18,842 bases of DNA from a virus: UHGV virus genome UHGV-0125022, one strand, 5' to 3'. The notes under the pieces are model-generated. The model was not told the DNA's origin. It did no database searches and worked only from the letters and a program-made list of their open reading frames with translations. Position 1 is the first letter of the stretch; each line of letters begins with the position of its first letter. Both the position numbers and the translations under genes were made by a program. Below, piece after piece: positions 6,105 through 13,950 of the stretch.

Positions 6105-6998
6105 ATGAATACGACAAATGGTTACAATCTGGCACTGCAAAGGCAACTTGTAGACTCAAAAATCAATGACATTTCTGATCTGAAACAGAAACTTGAGTTT
6201 AGCAAAATTGGATCAGTATCAGATGGAATGTCAGTTACCAGCACAGTGGAAGAGTGCGAGAAACACGGTAAATATACTTCCTATGAGAAATATCTGACCA
6301 TCTCAGGAAAAAGAATTACTTCAAGTAAATCTGAGTGCCCACAGTGCCTTGAGGAGAAAATTCGTAAGAAAGAGATTGAACGTGAGCAGGCAGAACAAAG
6401 AGCAAGACAATCAAAAATTGAATATTTGTTGAATTCTCTCAATATTCCAGAGAGGTTCAAAAATTGCACTCTTCAGAATTATGAGCCTGTTAACGATGAT
6501 GCAAAGCGAGTTCTTAAGGTATGCCAGGCATATGCCAGTAAGTGGCCTGAACGCCTTCAAAAAGGTGGCGGACTGGTCATGTGTGGTAAGCCTGGAACTG
6601 GAAAGAACCACCTTGCACTGGCTATCGCTAGGCACGCCATTATCGAGCATCAAAGCTCTGTGATATTTACCACTGCGTTGAAAATTGCCAGAGAGTACAA
6701 ATCAACATGGTCTAAGGCCGCAACCAGAACTGAAGAAGAAGTCATTAGGCAATTTACGCATCCTGACTTGTTAATAATCGATGAGGTTGGCGTGCAGTTC
6801 GGCAGTGATGCTGAAAAGCTAATCATGTTCGAAATTATCAACACCAGATATGAATACATGAAGCCAACAATCCTGATTAGTAATCAGAGCAAAGATGAAC
6901 TTTCGGCATTCATTGGTGAGCGTGTTATTGACAGGATGAATGATGGCGGAGGGTGCACTCTTGCGTTTACATGGGATAGTTACAGGAGCAGATCGTGA
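6105..6998 (+). CDS. DnaC/IstB-type AAA+ helicase loader (functional counterpart of lambda P)
   Basis: Walker A GKPGTGKNHLA and Walker B LLIIDEVG. AGGAGTGA Shine-Dalgarno before the ATG at 6105. The ORF track extends to 6087, but 6105 is preferred. Confidence 0.85.
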   Translation: MNTTNGYNLALQRQLVDSKINDISDLKQKLEFSKIGSVSDGMSVTSTVEECEKHGKYTSYEKYLTISGKRITSSKSECPQCLEEKIRKKEIEREQAEQRARQSKIEYLLNSLNIPERFKNCTLQNYEPVNDDAKRVLKVCQAYASKWPERLQKGGGLVMCGKPGTGKNHLALAIARHAIIEHQSSVIFTTALKIAREYKSTWSKAATRTEEEVIRQFTHPDLLIIDEVGVQFGSDAEKLIMFEIINTRYEYMKPTILISNQSKDELSAFIGERVIDRMNDGGGCTLAFTWDSYRSRS

Positions 6999-7285
6999 CT
7001 GGAAAAGAAATCATCCTGGAATATCTGAAAACTCATGAACAATTCTCCCCACATGAATTAGCTCTGATCACCGGAATACCAAATAACAGAATCGCTCAAG
7101 CAGCAAGGCATATGGTGAAACAAGGGCATTTGAGTGTTGTTGAGCGTAAGTGGAAGATGGTTATTTATGCAAAGCGCAAAGTGAAGAAGGAGCCAATTAA
7201 AAGAAATCCAGATGGTACGGGGTGGGGATGTGCAAATCCAATGACGGCGTTTATTAATAGGGCGCTTATGGAGGTAAGGCAATGA
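6995..7285 (+). CDS. ren: Ren-like protein
   Basis: N-terminus MTGKEIILEYLKTHEQF resembles lambda Ren (MTGKEAIIHYLGTH...) as recalled. GTG start overlapping the upstream stop. Confidence 0.65.
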   Translation: MTGKEIILEYLKTHEQFSPHELALITGIPNNRIAQAARHMVKQGHLSVVERKWKMVIYAKRKVKKEPIKRNPDGTGWGCANPMTAFINRALMEVRQ

Positions 7286-7310
7286 CCATCTACATCACTG
7301 AGCTAATAAC

Positions 7311-7342
7311 AGGCCTGCTGGTAATCGCAGGCCTTTTTATTT
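7311..7342 (+). terminator. Rho-independent terminator (tR2-like) between the replication genes and the nin region
   Basis: Perfect 8-bp stem AGGCCTGC/GCAGGCCT with an 8-nt loop, followed by TTTTTATTT. Confidence 0.65.
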
Positions 7343-7597
7343 GGGGGAGAGGGAATTGGAGGCTTTAAGAAATGAGTACGATAGCTTAGCTTGTCAGGGC
7401 TAATTTTCGTGAAGAGTTGGTGCGTTGGTATCGGTATCGTTCATCGTCCAGTTTGCCGATTGATGAGTTGTATGAGCATTCACCTGCTGCACTACGCTAT
7501 CCGCGTGACCGTGTTCTTCGACGGTTGTCCAAACTCAACAATGAGTTTCAGCGCAACAGAATTATTCGGAGTCTGGATTTAAAGTAAAGGAGTGAGC

Positions 7598-7804
7598 ATG
7601 ACAAATCAGCAGCAAATAGAGTTCATCCTTGAGCAGATTCGAAAAATGCGAGAAAAGAACCAGCCAGACATGATGGAAATATGGAGACGCCAGCAGGAAG
7701 AATACCGCAAGCATATTTTTGGTGAGAGAAAACAGGATGACTGGAGCCTATATGGCTATGGCACCAGGACAAATAAAAACGGATATAGCCTTTACACATA
7801 TTGA
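7598..7804 (+). CDS. Hypothetical protein (about 68 aa), first gene of the nin region
   Basis: ORF track 7592..7804. AAGGAG Shine-Dalgarno 5 nt upstream of the ATG at 7598. Confidence 0.5.
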   Translation: MTNQQQIEFILEQIRKMREKNQPDMMEIWRRQQEEYRKHIFGERKQDDWSLYGYGTRTNKNGYSLYTY

Positions 7805-7812
7805 GGAATTCC

Positions 7813-8223
7813 ATGAAACAGACAATTTTCCTCAGGAGTAAGCAACAACAGCAAGCCGCAATCACCGCCATCCTCGCAACACCACTCGATAAAGACAAGC
7901 CAGTTACCATCCGCATTACTGACTACAAGCGCAACCTTGACCAGAACGCAAAATTTCACGCGATGCTGGCGGATATCGCAAGTCAGGTTCAATGGTGCGG
8001 CAAATGGTTAAAACCAGAACAATGGAAGGTTTTGTTGATAAGCGGTCATGCAGTGGCAACAAAGCAGGAAGCTGATGTTTTGCCCGGGCTTGAAGGTGAA
8101 TACGTCAACATTCGCGAAAGTAGCGCGCAGATGAGCGTGAAGCGCATGGCAAGCCTGATTGAGTACACGACAGCATGGGCTATTGGTCAGGGTGTCAGAT
8201 TTACCGACAGGAGGTACGAATGA
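7813..8223 (+). CDS. ninB: NinB (Orf-family recombination mediator)
   Basis: Resembles lambda NinB as recalled ([32 protein letters not shown] versus IQERNRSLDQNRKLWACLGDVSRQVEWHGRWL). GAGG Shine-Dalgarno before the ATG at 7813. Confidence 0.85.
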   Translation: MKQTIFLRSKQQQQAAITAILATPLDKDKPVTIRITDYKRNLDQNAKFHAMLADIASQVQWCGKWLKPEQWKVLLISGHAVATKQEADVLPGLEGEYVNIRESSAQMSVKRMASLIEYTTAWAIGQGVRFTDRRYE

Positions 8224-8396
8224 GACGACAGCGACGAAGTATCACCGACATAATCTGCGAAAACTGCAAATACCTTCCAACGAAACGCTCCAGAAATAAA
8301 CGCAAGCCAATCCCAAAAGAATCTGACGTAAAAACCTTCAACTACACGGCTCACCTGTGGGATATCCGGTGGCTAAGACATCGTGCGAGGAAATGA
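8220..8396 (+). CDS. ninE: NinE-like protein
   Basis: [27 protein letters not shown] matches lambda NinE as recalled. ATGA overlap with the ninB stop. GGAGG Shine-Dalgarno. Confidence 0.75.
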   Translation: MRRQRRSITDIICENCKYLPTKRSRNKRKPIPKESDVKTFNYTAHLWDIRWLRHRARK

Positions 8397-8758
8397 CAAT
8401 GGATTATTCACAGTTAAGTGATTTTGAAATTAACGTGGCGGTATTCGAAGCCATTCATAACGGATCACCGGATTACAAAGAAGGTGAGAATGGCGATATG
8501 GTGTTTGTCTCATTTGAGGGAGACATTGTAAACGGAGACGCAGTTGAAGTAGAAGTTGAGCGCGGATCCTTTAACCCATGCGCAAACCCAGCAGACTCAT
8601 GGCCGATTATTGAAAAATACAGGATTAGCATTATCAATCTCGATGAAGACGAGTGGGGTGCACGTGGTGTGGCCTACTGTAAATCTAAGCGAGCTATACA
8701 TAAAAATCCCCTTCGCGCCGCCATGATTGTCTTTCTCATGATGCAGAGAATCCAATAA
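8393..8758 (+). CDS. Hypothetical acidic protein (about 121 aa), nin region
   Basis: ORF track 8357..8758. ATG at 8393 overlaps the ninE stop (ATGA); alternative ATG at 8399. Confidence 0.55.
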   Translation: MTMDYSQLSDFEINVAVFEAIHNGSPDYKEGENGDMVFVSFEGDIVNGDAVEVEVERGSFNPCANPADSWPIIEKYRISIINLDEDEWGARGVAYCKSKRAIHKNPLRAAMIVFLMMQRIQ

Positions 8759-8934
8759 TGCTTAGCCCATCCCAATCCCTTCAATACCAGAAAGAAAGCG
8801 TCGAGCGGGCTTTAACGTGCGCTAACTGCGGTCAGAAGCTGCATGTGCTGGAAGTTCACGTGTGTGAGCACTGCTGCGCAGAACTGATGAGCGATCCGAA
8901 TAGCTCAATGTACGAGGAAGAAGACGATGAATGA
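8758..8934 (+). CDS. ninF: NinF-like small Cys-rich protein (58 aa)
   Basis: Hand-translated: [58 protein letters not shown]. Too short for the ORF track. TAATG overlap with the upstream stop. Matches lambda NinF as recalled. Confidence 0.7.
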   Translation: MLSPSQSLQYQKESVERALTCANCGQKLHVLEVHVCEHCCAELMSDPNSSMYEEEDDE

Positions 8935-9649
8935 GTTAATAAATGGCAATGCCATCAAAATGACAAGCATTGAAATCGCTGAGTTGGTGGGTAAGCGTCA
9001 TGACAATGTGAAACGTACCATCGAAACGCTGGCTAAAAATGGTGTTATCCGGCTTCCTCAAATTGAGGTTTCCGAAAGAATCAATAACTTAGGGTTCAAT
9101 GTTCAGTACGAGCATTACGTCTTCGAAGGCGAACAAGGTAAGCGAGATAGTATTGTTGTTGTTGCCCAGTTGTCGCCAGAGTTCACCGCTCGCCTTGTTG
9201 ACCGCTGGCGAGAGCTTGAAGAAACTGCGGTTAATATCCCCAAAACGCTACCAGAAGCGTTGCGCCTTGCTGCTGATCTTGCTGAGCAGAAAATGCAACT
9301 GGAAAACCAGCTCGCAATTGCCGCACCTAAAGTTGAGTTTGCCGATCGCGTTGGCGAGGCCAGCGGAATTTTGATTGGAAACTTTGCAAAGGTTGTTGGA
9401 ATTGGTCCAAACAAACTGTTTGCGTGGATGCGCGATCACAAAATCCTTATTGCTTCAGGTTCCCGGCGCAATGTGCCAATGCAGGAATATATGGAGCGCG
9501 GCTATTTCACAGTGAAAGAAACAGCGGTCAACACAAATCACGGAATACAGATATCGTTCACCACAAAAATCACCGGGCGTGGTCAACAGTGGCTGACCAG
9601 AAAGCTGCTCGATAACGGAATGCTGAAAGTAACAGGGGAGGCTGCTTAA
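8927..9649 (+). CDS. Phage antirepressor (N-terminal Rha-type domain plus C-terminal KilA-C/AntB-type domain)
   Basis: N-terminal SIEIAELVGKRHDNVKRTIE is the Rha-family hallmark. 240 aa with the C-terminal region typical of KilA-C antirepressors. Confidence 0.75.
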   Translation: MNELINGNAIKMTSIEIAELVGKRHDNVKRTIETLAKNGVIRLPQIEVSERINNLGFNVQYEHYVFEGEQGKRDSIVVVAQLSPEFTARLVDRWRELEETAVNIPKTLPEALRLAADLAEQKMQLENQLAIAAPKVEFADRVGEASGILIGNFAKVVGIGPNKLFAWMRDHKILIASGSRRNVPMQEYMERGYFTVKETAVNTNHGIQISFTTKITGRGQQWLTRKLLDNGMLKVTGEAA

Positions 9650-9939
9650 TGGCCAATCTACGCAAAGAAGCACGCGGCAGAGAATGTCAGGTACGTATTT
9701 ACGGCGTATGCAATGGCAATCCTGAAACTACAGTTCTGGCACATTACCGGATGGCTGGAATTTGCGGAACGGGAATGAAACCTGACGACCTGATCGGCGC
9801 ATGGGCTTGTAGCGACTGCCACGCGGAGATCGACCGACGCACCCATAACCTCGACAACAAAGACGCCAGACTTTACCACCTCGAAGGCGTGATCAGGACG
9901 CAGGCGATACTGCTGAAGGAGGGGAAGATTAAACCATGA
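9649..9939 (+). CDS. YbcO-like protein (DUF1364; Cys/His-rich putative nuclease)
   Basis: RGRECQVRIYGVCNGNPETTVLAH...CSDCHAEIDRRTH resembles E. coli DLP12 YbcO as recalled. TAATG coupling with the upstream gene. Confidence 0.75.
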   Translation: MANLRKEARGRECQVRIYGVCNGNPETTVLAHYRMAGICGTGMKPDDLIGAWACSDCHAEIDRRTHNLDNKDARLYHLEGVIRTQAILLKEGKIKP

Positions 9940-10298
9940 ACGAATATCAGTTTGTGCTTCCATACCCGCCGTCGCTGAATACCTACTGGAGAAGACGGGG
10001 AAGCCAATACTACATCAGCGATAAAGGCCAGAAATACCGAAAAGACGTTCAGAAAATCATCCGCCAACTTAAGTTAGACATTTTCACTAAATCACGACTC
10101 CGCATCAAAGTCATCGCAGACGCTCCAGACTCCCGCCGCCGCGACCTCGATAACATCCTGAAAGGTTTACTCGACTCACTTATCCATGCCGGATTTGCGG
10201 AAGACGACGAGCAATTCGATGACATTCGCGTAATTCGTGGTGTGAAAGTACCAGGTGGAAGGCTTGGAATAAAAATCACCGAACTGGAGAACGCATGA
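9936..10298 (+). CDS. rusA: RusA Holliday-junction resolvase
   Basis: 120 aa with RusA hallmarks (LPYPPSLN, DSRRRDLDN, GGRLGIKITELE). ATGA overlap upstream. Confidence 0.9.
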   Translation: MNEYQFVLPYPPSLNTYWRRRGSQYYISDKGQKYRKDVQKIIRQLKLDIFTKSRLRIKVIADAPDSRRRDLDNILKGLLDSLIHAGFAEDDEQFDDIRVIRGVKVPGGRLGIKITELENA

Positions 10299-10483
10299 AC
10301 GCCACAATTCAAACGATACCAGAGCTTCTTATCCAGACACGAGGCAATCAGACCGAAGTGGCGAGGATGCTTTCCTGCGCAAGAGGAACAGTGCTCAAGT
10401 ACAACCGAGACAGAAAAGGCGAGCGTCACGTAATAGTTAACGGCGTCCTGATGGTCAAACAGGGCAAGAGGGGTAGACCATGA
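10295..10483 (+). CDS. ninH: NinH-like protein
   Basis: TIPELLIQTRGNQTEVARMLSCARGTVLKY resembles lambda NinH as recalled. Located just before Q. Confidence 0.75.
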   Translation: MNATIQTIPELLIQTRGNQTEVARMLSCARGTVLKYNRDRKGERHVIVNGVLMVKQGKRGRP

Positions 10484-11103
10484 GACTCGAAAGCGTAGCT
10501 AAATTTCATTCGCCAAAAAGCCCGATGATGAGCGACTCACCACGGGCTACGGCTTCTGACTCTCTTTCCGGTACTGATGTGATGGCTGCTATGGGGATGG
10601 CGCAATCACAAGCCGGATTTGGAATGGCTGCGTTCTGTGGTAAGCACGAACTCAGCCAGAATGACAAACAAAAAGCCATCAACTATCTGATGCAATTTGC
10701 ACACAAGGTATCGGGGAAATACCGTGGCGTTGCAAAGCTTGAAGGAAATACTAAGGCAAAGGTACTGCAAGTGCTCGCAACATTCGCTTATGCGGATTAT
10801 TGCCGTAGTGCCGCGACGCCGGGAGCAAGGTGCAGAGATTGCCACGGTACAGGCCGTGCGGTTGATATATCAAAAACAGAGCTGTGGGGGAGAGTTGTTG
10901 AGAAAGAATGCGGAAGATGCAAAGGTGTCGGCTATTCAAGAATGCCAGCAAGCGCCGCATATCGCGCTGTGACGATGCTAATACCCAACCTTACCCAACC
11001 AACCTGGTCACGCACTGTTAAGCCGCTGTATGACGCTCTGGTGGTGCAATGCCACAAGGAAGAGTCAATCGCAGACAACATTTTGAATGCGGTCACACGT
11101 TAG
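10480..11103 (+). CDS. Q: Late-gene antiterminator Q (lambda Q type)
   Basis: 207 aa. Sequence matches lambda Q over essentially the full length as I recall it, including the zinc-binding CRDCHGTGR...CGRCKG. A lambda-like pR' follows. Confidence 0.9.
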   Translation: MRLESVAKFHSPKSPMMSDSPRATASDSLSGTDVMAAMGMAQSQAGFGMAAFCGKHELSQNDKQKAINYLMQFAHKVSGKYRGVAKLEGNTKAKVLQVLATFAYADYCRSAATPGARCRDCHGTGRAVDISKTELWGRVVEKECGRCKGVGYSRMPASAAYRAVTMLIPNLTQPTWSRTVKPLYDALVVQCHKEESIADNILNAVTR

Positions 11104-11145
11104 CAGCATGATTGCCACGGATGGCAACATATTAACGGCATGATA

Positions 11146-11183
11146 TTGACTTTTTGAATAAAGTTGGGTAAATTTGACCCAAC
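11146..11183 (+). promoter_or_regulatory. Late promoter pR' with qut region (-35 TTGACT 11146-11151, -10 TAAATT 11169-11174, 17-bp spacer)
   Basis: TTGACTTTTTGAATAAAGTTGGGTAAATTTGACCCAACGATGGGTTAAT is near-identical to the lambda pR'/qut sequence as recalled. Confidence 0.75.
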
Positions 11184-11206
11184 GATGGGTTAATGCCTTC
11201 GTTTAA

Positions 11207-11241
11207 AGCCCCGCGGATAACACCGTGGGGCTTTTGCGTTT
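11207..11241 (+). terminator. tR'-like terminator about 25-60 nt downstream of the pR' start
   Basis: AGCCCCGCGG / CCGUGGGGCU 10-bp stem with one G-U pair and an AUAACA loop, followed by UUUGCGUUUC. Confidence 0.6.
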
Positions 11242-11253
11242 CTGGAGGTAACG

Positions 11254-11272
11254 GCGAGGCGCTACCCTCGCC
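11254..11272. terminator. Second hairpin (GGCGAGG / CCTCGCC, 5-nt loop) between tR' and the 3' end of the convergent minus-strand gene; possible bidirectional terminator
   Basis: 7-bp perfect stem read from the sequence. Weak T-tracts on both sides. Confidence 0.4.
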
Positions 11273-11278
11273 TTAACA

Positions 11279-11695
11279 TTAAGGGAGGGTTTTCATTACG
11301 CTATCAATCTCCCTTCCTTCAAATCTTGAAGTCCAGCCGCAGGAGCCGCAATGGTAAGGAAAGTCATCGAACCCGCTACCGACCTGTTTAAGACAGTTGG
11401 GGCAATAAACCGCGCTGATATACCCACCCGCGGGATTTTTTCTAAAGGCCGCACCCATGTGCTCGACAAACTCATCCTTTGCCCGATAAGCCGCTATTTC
11501 CTTCTCAAGTTCTACGTTCTTGGCTTTCGCCTCGGCAAGTTCTGCTATGGTGGCAGCATGGGCTTTTTGAAGTACGTCGATCTGCTCTCCAATGAAAGCG
11601 ATGCGCTCGCGCAGGACCTCGTTACTTTGCACAGCAGAAAGCGCGCCGATCCCGTTTTTAAGGGACGCGATAAGTAATCCTACATCCATGGTCAT
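11279..11695 (-). CDS. Hypothetical cargo protein: N-terminal coiled-coil-like region plus C-terminal CxxC...CxxC zinc ribbon, convergent to late transcription
   Basis: 138-aa ORF. C-terminal CPNC-x14-CGSC. N-terminal heptad-like, Ala/Glu/Lys-rich segment. AGGGA Shine-Dalgarno. Start may be M1 (11695) or M3 (11689). Confidence 0.6.
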   Translation of the reverse strand: MTMDVGLLIASLKNGIGALSAVQSNEVLRERIAFIGEQIDVLQKAHAATIAELAEAKAKNVELEKEIAAYRAKDEFVEHMGAAFRKNPAGGYISAVYCPNCLKQVGSGFDDFPYHCGSCGWTSRFEGREIDSVMKTLP

Positions 11696-11944
11696 TCCCT
11701 AATTGTCTGTGGAATGACCAATTTAGCAATTTCCTTTATCTGTGGAAAGCAGGGAAACCACGCGCCGGGCGTGGATAAATATCCCGGTATTGAATCGACT
11801 GTTGGCTGCCGCTTGGCGGCCTTTTTCATTTCAGGCTCACGGGAATCATCCGCTACGTGCTTTGTTGATAAATCCATCCCGTGAAGCCTGACCCTTTTCA
11901 AACACACACACACAGCGCCATCCGAAAAATCGGAGGTGAGGCCT

Positions 11945-12268
11945 ATGAAAATGCCATACAAACAAGATTTCATCGCTGCGCTACTTGCCGCCAAGGAGCA
12001 GGGTATTGGTGCAATGCTGGCTTTTATCATGGCGTATCTGCGTGGTCGCTATAACGGCGGCGCGGTAACAAAAACGCTAATTGATGCGCTGATGTGCGCG
12101 ATGATTGCCTGGTTCGTTCGTGACCTTCTGGACTTTATCGGCCTGAGCAGCAACCTCGCCTACATAGCCAGCGTCTTTATTGGATACATCGGCACCGATT
12201 CGATCGGCAATCTTATTAAAAAACTTGCAGCAAAAAAGGCGGGAGTTGACGATGCAAACCAGTCCTGA
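11945..12268 (+). CDS. S: Class I holin S (lambda S type) with dual-start motif
   Basis: [27 protein letters not shown] resembles lambda S105/S107 as recalled. GGAGGTGA Shine-Dalgarno. ORF track begins at an in-frame GTG at 11936. Confidence 0.9.
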   Translation: MKMPYKQDFIAALLAAKEQGIGAMLAFIMAYLRGRYNGGAVTKTLIDALMCAMIAWFVRDLLDFIGLSSNLAYIASVFIGYIGTDSIGNLIKKLAAKKAGVDDANQS

Positions 12269-12701
12269 CGGAATTGCTCTGATAAAAAAATTTGAAGGTT
12301 GTCGGCTGACTGCTTACCCCGACCCCGGAACGGGAGATGCGCCGTGGACCATCGGCTATGGCTGGACCCATCCGGTTGACGGAAAGCCAGTAAAGCGCGG
12401 TATGACTATCGACCAGCAAACCGCTGACAGGCTTCTGAAAACAGGGCTTGTTGGTTATGAGAATGACGTGCTGAAAGTTGTCAGGGTGAAGCTGACACAA
12501 GGCCAGTTCGACGCACTGGTGTCGTTCGCTTACAACGTTGGGTCGCGTGCTCTTTCCACATCTACACTGCTGAAAAAGCTGAATGCTGGCGATATAAAAG
12601 GCGCGGCAGATGAATTTCTGCGCTGGAATAAATCAGGCGGAAAGGTGATGCCGGGGCTCACGAATCGCCGCAAGGCAGAGCGAGCTCTGTTCCTGTCATG
12701 A
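12252..12701 (+). CDS. R: Endolysin, GH24 phage lysozyme (P22 gp19 type; not the lambda R transglycosylase)
   Basis: C-terminal [11 protein letters not shown] and the overall sequence resemble P22 lysozyme as recalled. No SAR-like N-terminal hydrophobic segment. GGAG Shine-Dalgarno before the ATG at 12252. Confidence 0.85.
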   Translation: MQTSPDGIALIKKFEGCRLTAYPDPGTGDAPWTIGYGWTHPVDGKPVKRGMTIDQQTADRLLKTGLVGYENDVLKVVRVKLTQGQFDALVSFAYNVGSRALSTSTLLKKLNAGDIKGAADEFLRWNKSGGKVMPGLTNRRKAERALFLS

Positions 12702-13165
12702 TTAGCGCACTGGTTAAGCGTTACTGGCTGCAGTTGCTGGTGCTGGCGTTAATCGGCGCACTGGCTTTCTTCGTGAACCACTACCGCGACAACGCCATCA
12801 CTTACAGAGACCAGCGCGATAAGGCCACTGAGAAACTCCTCCTGGCGACCGCCACCATTAAAGACATGCAGACCCGCCAGCGTGATGTCGCTGCACTGGA
12901 TGCCAAATACACCGGAGAACTGGCTGATGCGAAAGAAACCATTGAGCGTCTGCATAGCGATGTCATTGCTGGCCGTAAGCGGCTGCAAGTCGCCGCCACC
13001 TGTGCAAAGTCAACGACCGGAGCCAGCAGCATGGGCGATGGAGAAAGCCCAAGACTTACAGCAGATGCTGAACTCAATTATTACCGTCTACGAAGTGGAA
13101 TCGACAAGATAACCGCGCAGGTTAACTACCTGCAGGAATACATCAGGACGCAATGCCTGAAATAA
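12698..13165 (+). CDS. Rz: Spanin inner-membrane subunit Rz (i-spanin)
   Basis: N-terminal TM segment then [17 protein letters not shown] and [13 protein letters not shown], close to lambda Rz as recalled. ATGA overlap with the lysozyme stop. Confidence 0.85.
   Translation: MISALVKRYWLQLLVLALIGALAFFVNHYRDNAITYRDQRDKATEKLLLATATIKDMQTRQRDVAALDAKYTGELADAKETIERLHSDVIAGRKRLQVAATCAKSTTGASSMGDGESPRLTADAELNYYRLRSGIDKITAQVNYLQEYIRTQCLK
12927..13112 (+). CDS. Rz1: Spanin outer-membrane lipoprotein Rz1 (o-spanin), embedded in the +1 frame of Rz
   Basis: Hand-translated 61-aa protein [25 protein letters not shown]... with lipobox LAVSGC and a Pro-rich mature part, wholly inside Rz. Confidence 0.7.
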   Translation: MRKKPLSVCIAMSLLAVSGCKSPPPVQSQRPEPAAWAMEKAQDLQQMLNSIITVYEVESTR

Positions 13166-13196
13166 TTTTTTTTGCAAATCACAAAGTCAATTTAAT

Positions 13197-13222
13197 GAGC
13201 CTCGCGATGCGGGGTTTTTTTT
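13197..13222 (+). terminator. Rho-independent terminator after the lysis cassette
   Basis: CCUCGC/GCGGGG stem (one G-U pair, short loop) followed by eight T residues. Confidence 0.5.
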
Positions 13223-13371
13223 ACATCTGAATTTCACAGCGCATCTCACGCGCATATTACATCACCCGAGCCTTTCAGAAAGTTGAGCCTGAGAACTGCC
13301 GTATATGGTGGCGACCATCTCGGGGCGGCTTTTCTGTGAGACAGGCTCACTTTCTAAAAGGTAAAGACGCT

Positions 13372-13890
13372 ATGAATAATCCGTCAGTTATTCCGGCCTT
13401 CGACTTCCGCGAAATGGTCACGACCCTCGACAACAAGATAATCACCACATCACTCAAGGTGGCGGATTACTTTGGCAAGCGACACAAAGACGTTTTGCGT
13501 GCCATACGTAACCTGAAATGCTCCGATGACTTCACCCAGCGCAATTTTGCGCCCATTGATTTCATTGATAAAAATGGCGATGTTCAGCCTATGTATAACA
13601 TCACCCGCGACGGATGCATGATGCTAGTGATGGGATTCACTGGCAAAACAGCTGCCGCAGTGAAGGAGTGTTACATCAATGCCTTCAACTGGATGGCCGA
13701 GCAGCTAAACCGGCGCATGGCGATGGGTGAAGAATTGCAGCATCGCTACGCCATCAAAGAAACGCGCTCAAAGCTGAAAGGCACGATCGGAAGCCGTTTG
13801 ATGAACGAGCGGAAGAAAGAGAAGCGCGTCCTGGAGCTCGAACATGAGCACATCATGCAGGTAACGCAGCCGGAATTACTTATTGGCTGA
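13372..13890 (+). CDS. rha: Rha-family phage regulatory protein
   Basis: N-terminal TSLKVADYFGKRHKDVLRAIRNL is the Rha-domain hallmark. ORF track 13336..13890; ATG at 13372 preferred. Confidence 0.7.
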   Translation: MNNPSVIPAFDFREMVTTLDNKIITTSLKVADYFGKRHKDVLRAIRNLKCSDDFTQRNFAPIDFIDKNGDVQPMYNITRDGCMMLVMGFTGKTAAAVKECYINAFNWMAEQLNRRMAMGEELQHRYAIKETRSKLKGTIGSRLMNERKKEKRVLELEHEHIMQVTQPELLIG

Positions 13891-13950
13891 ACGCGGCATT
13901 ACAGAAGCCCTTCATTGAGGGGCTTCGATAATGGAGCACTGGAATTATTC

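Noticed and set aside
11692-12030. Minus-strand ORF of 112 aa overlapping the holin gene
   Set aside because: About 100 nt overlap the well-supported holin S on the opposite strand; the remainder is the upstream region of the convergent cargo gene. The translation is hydrophobic and low-complexity.
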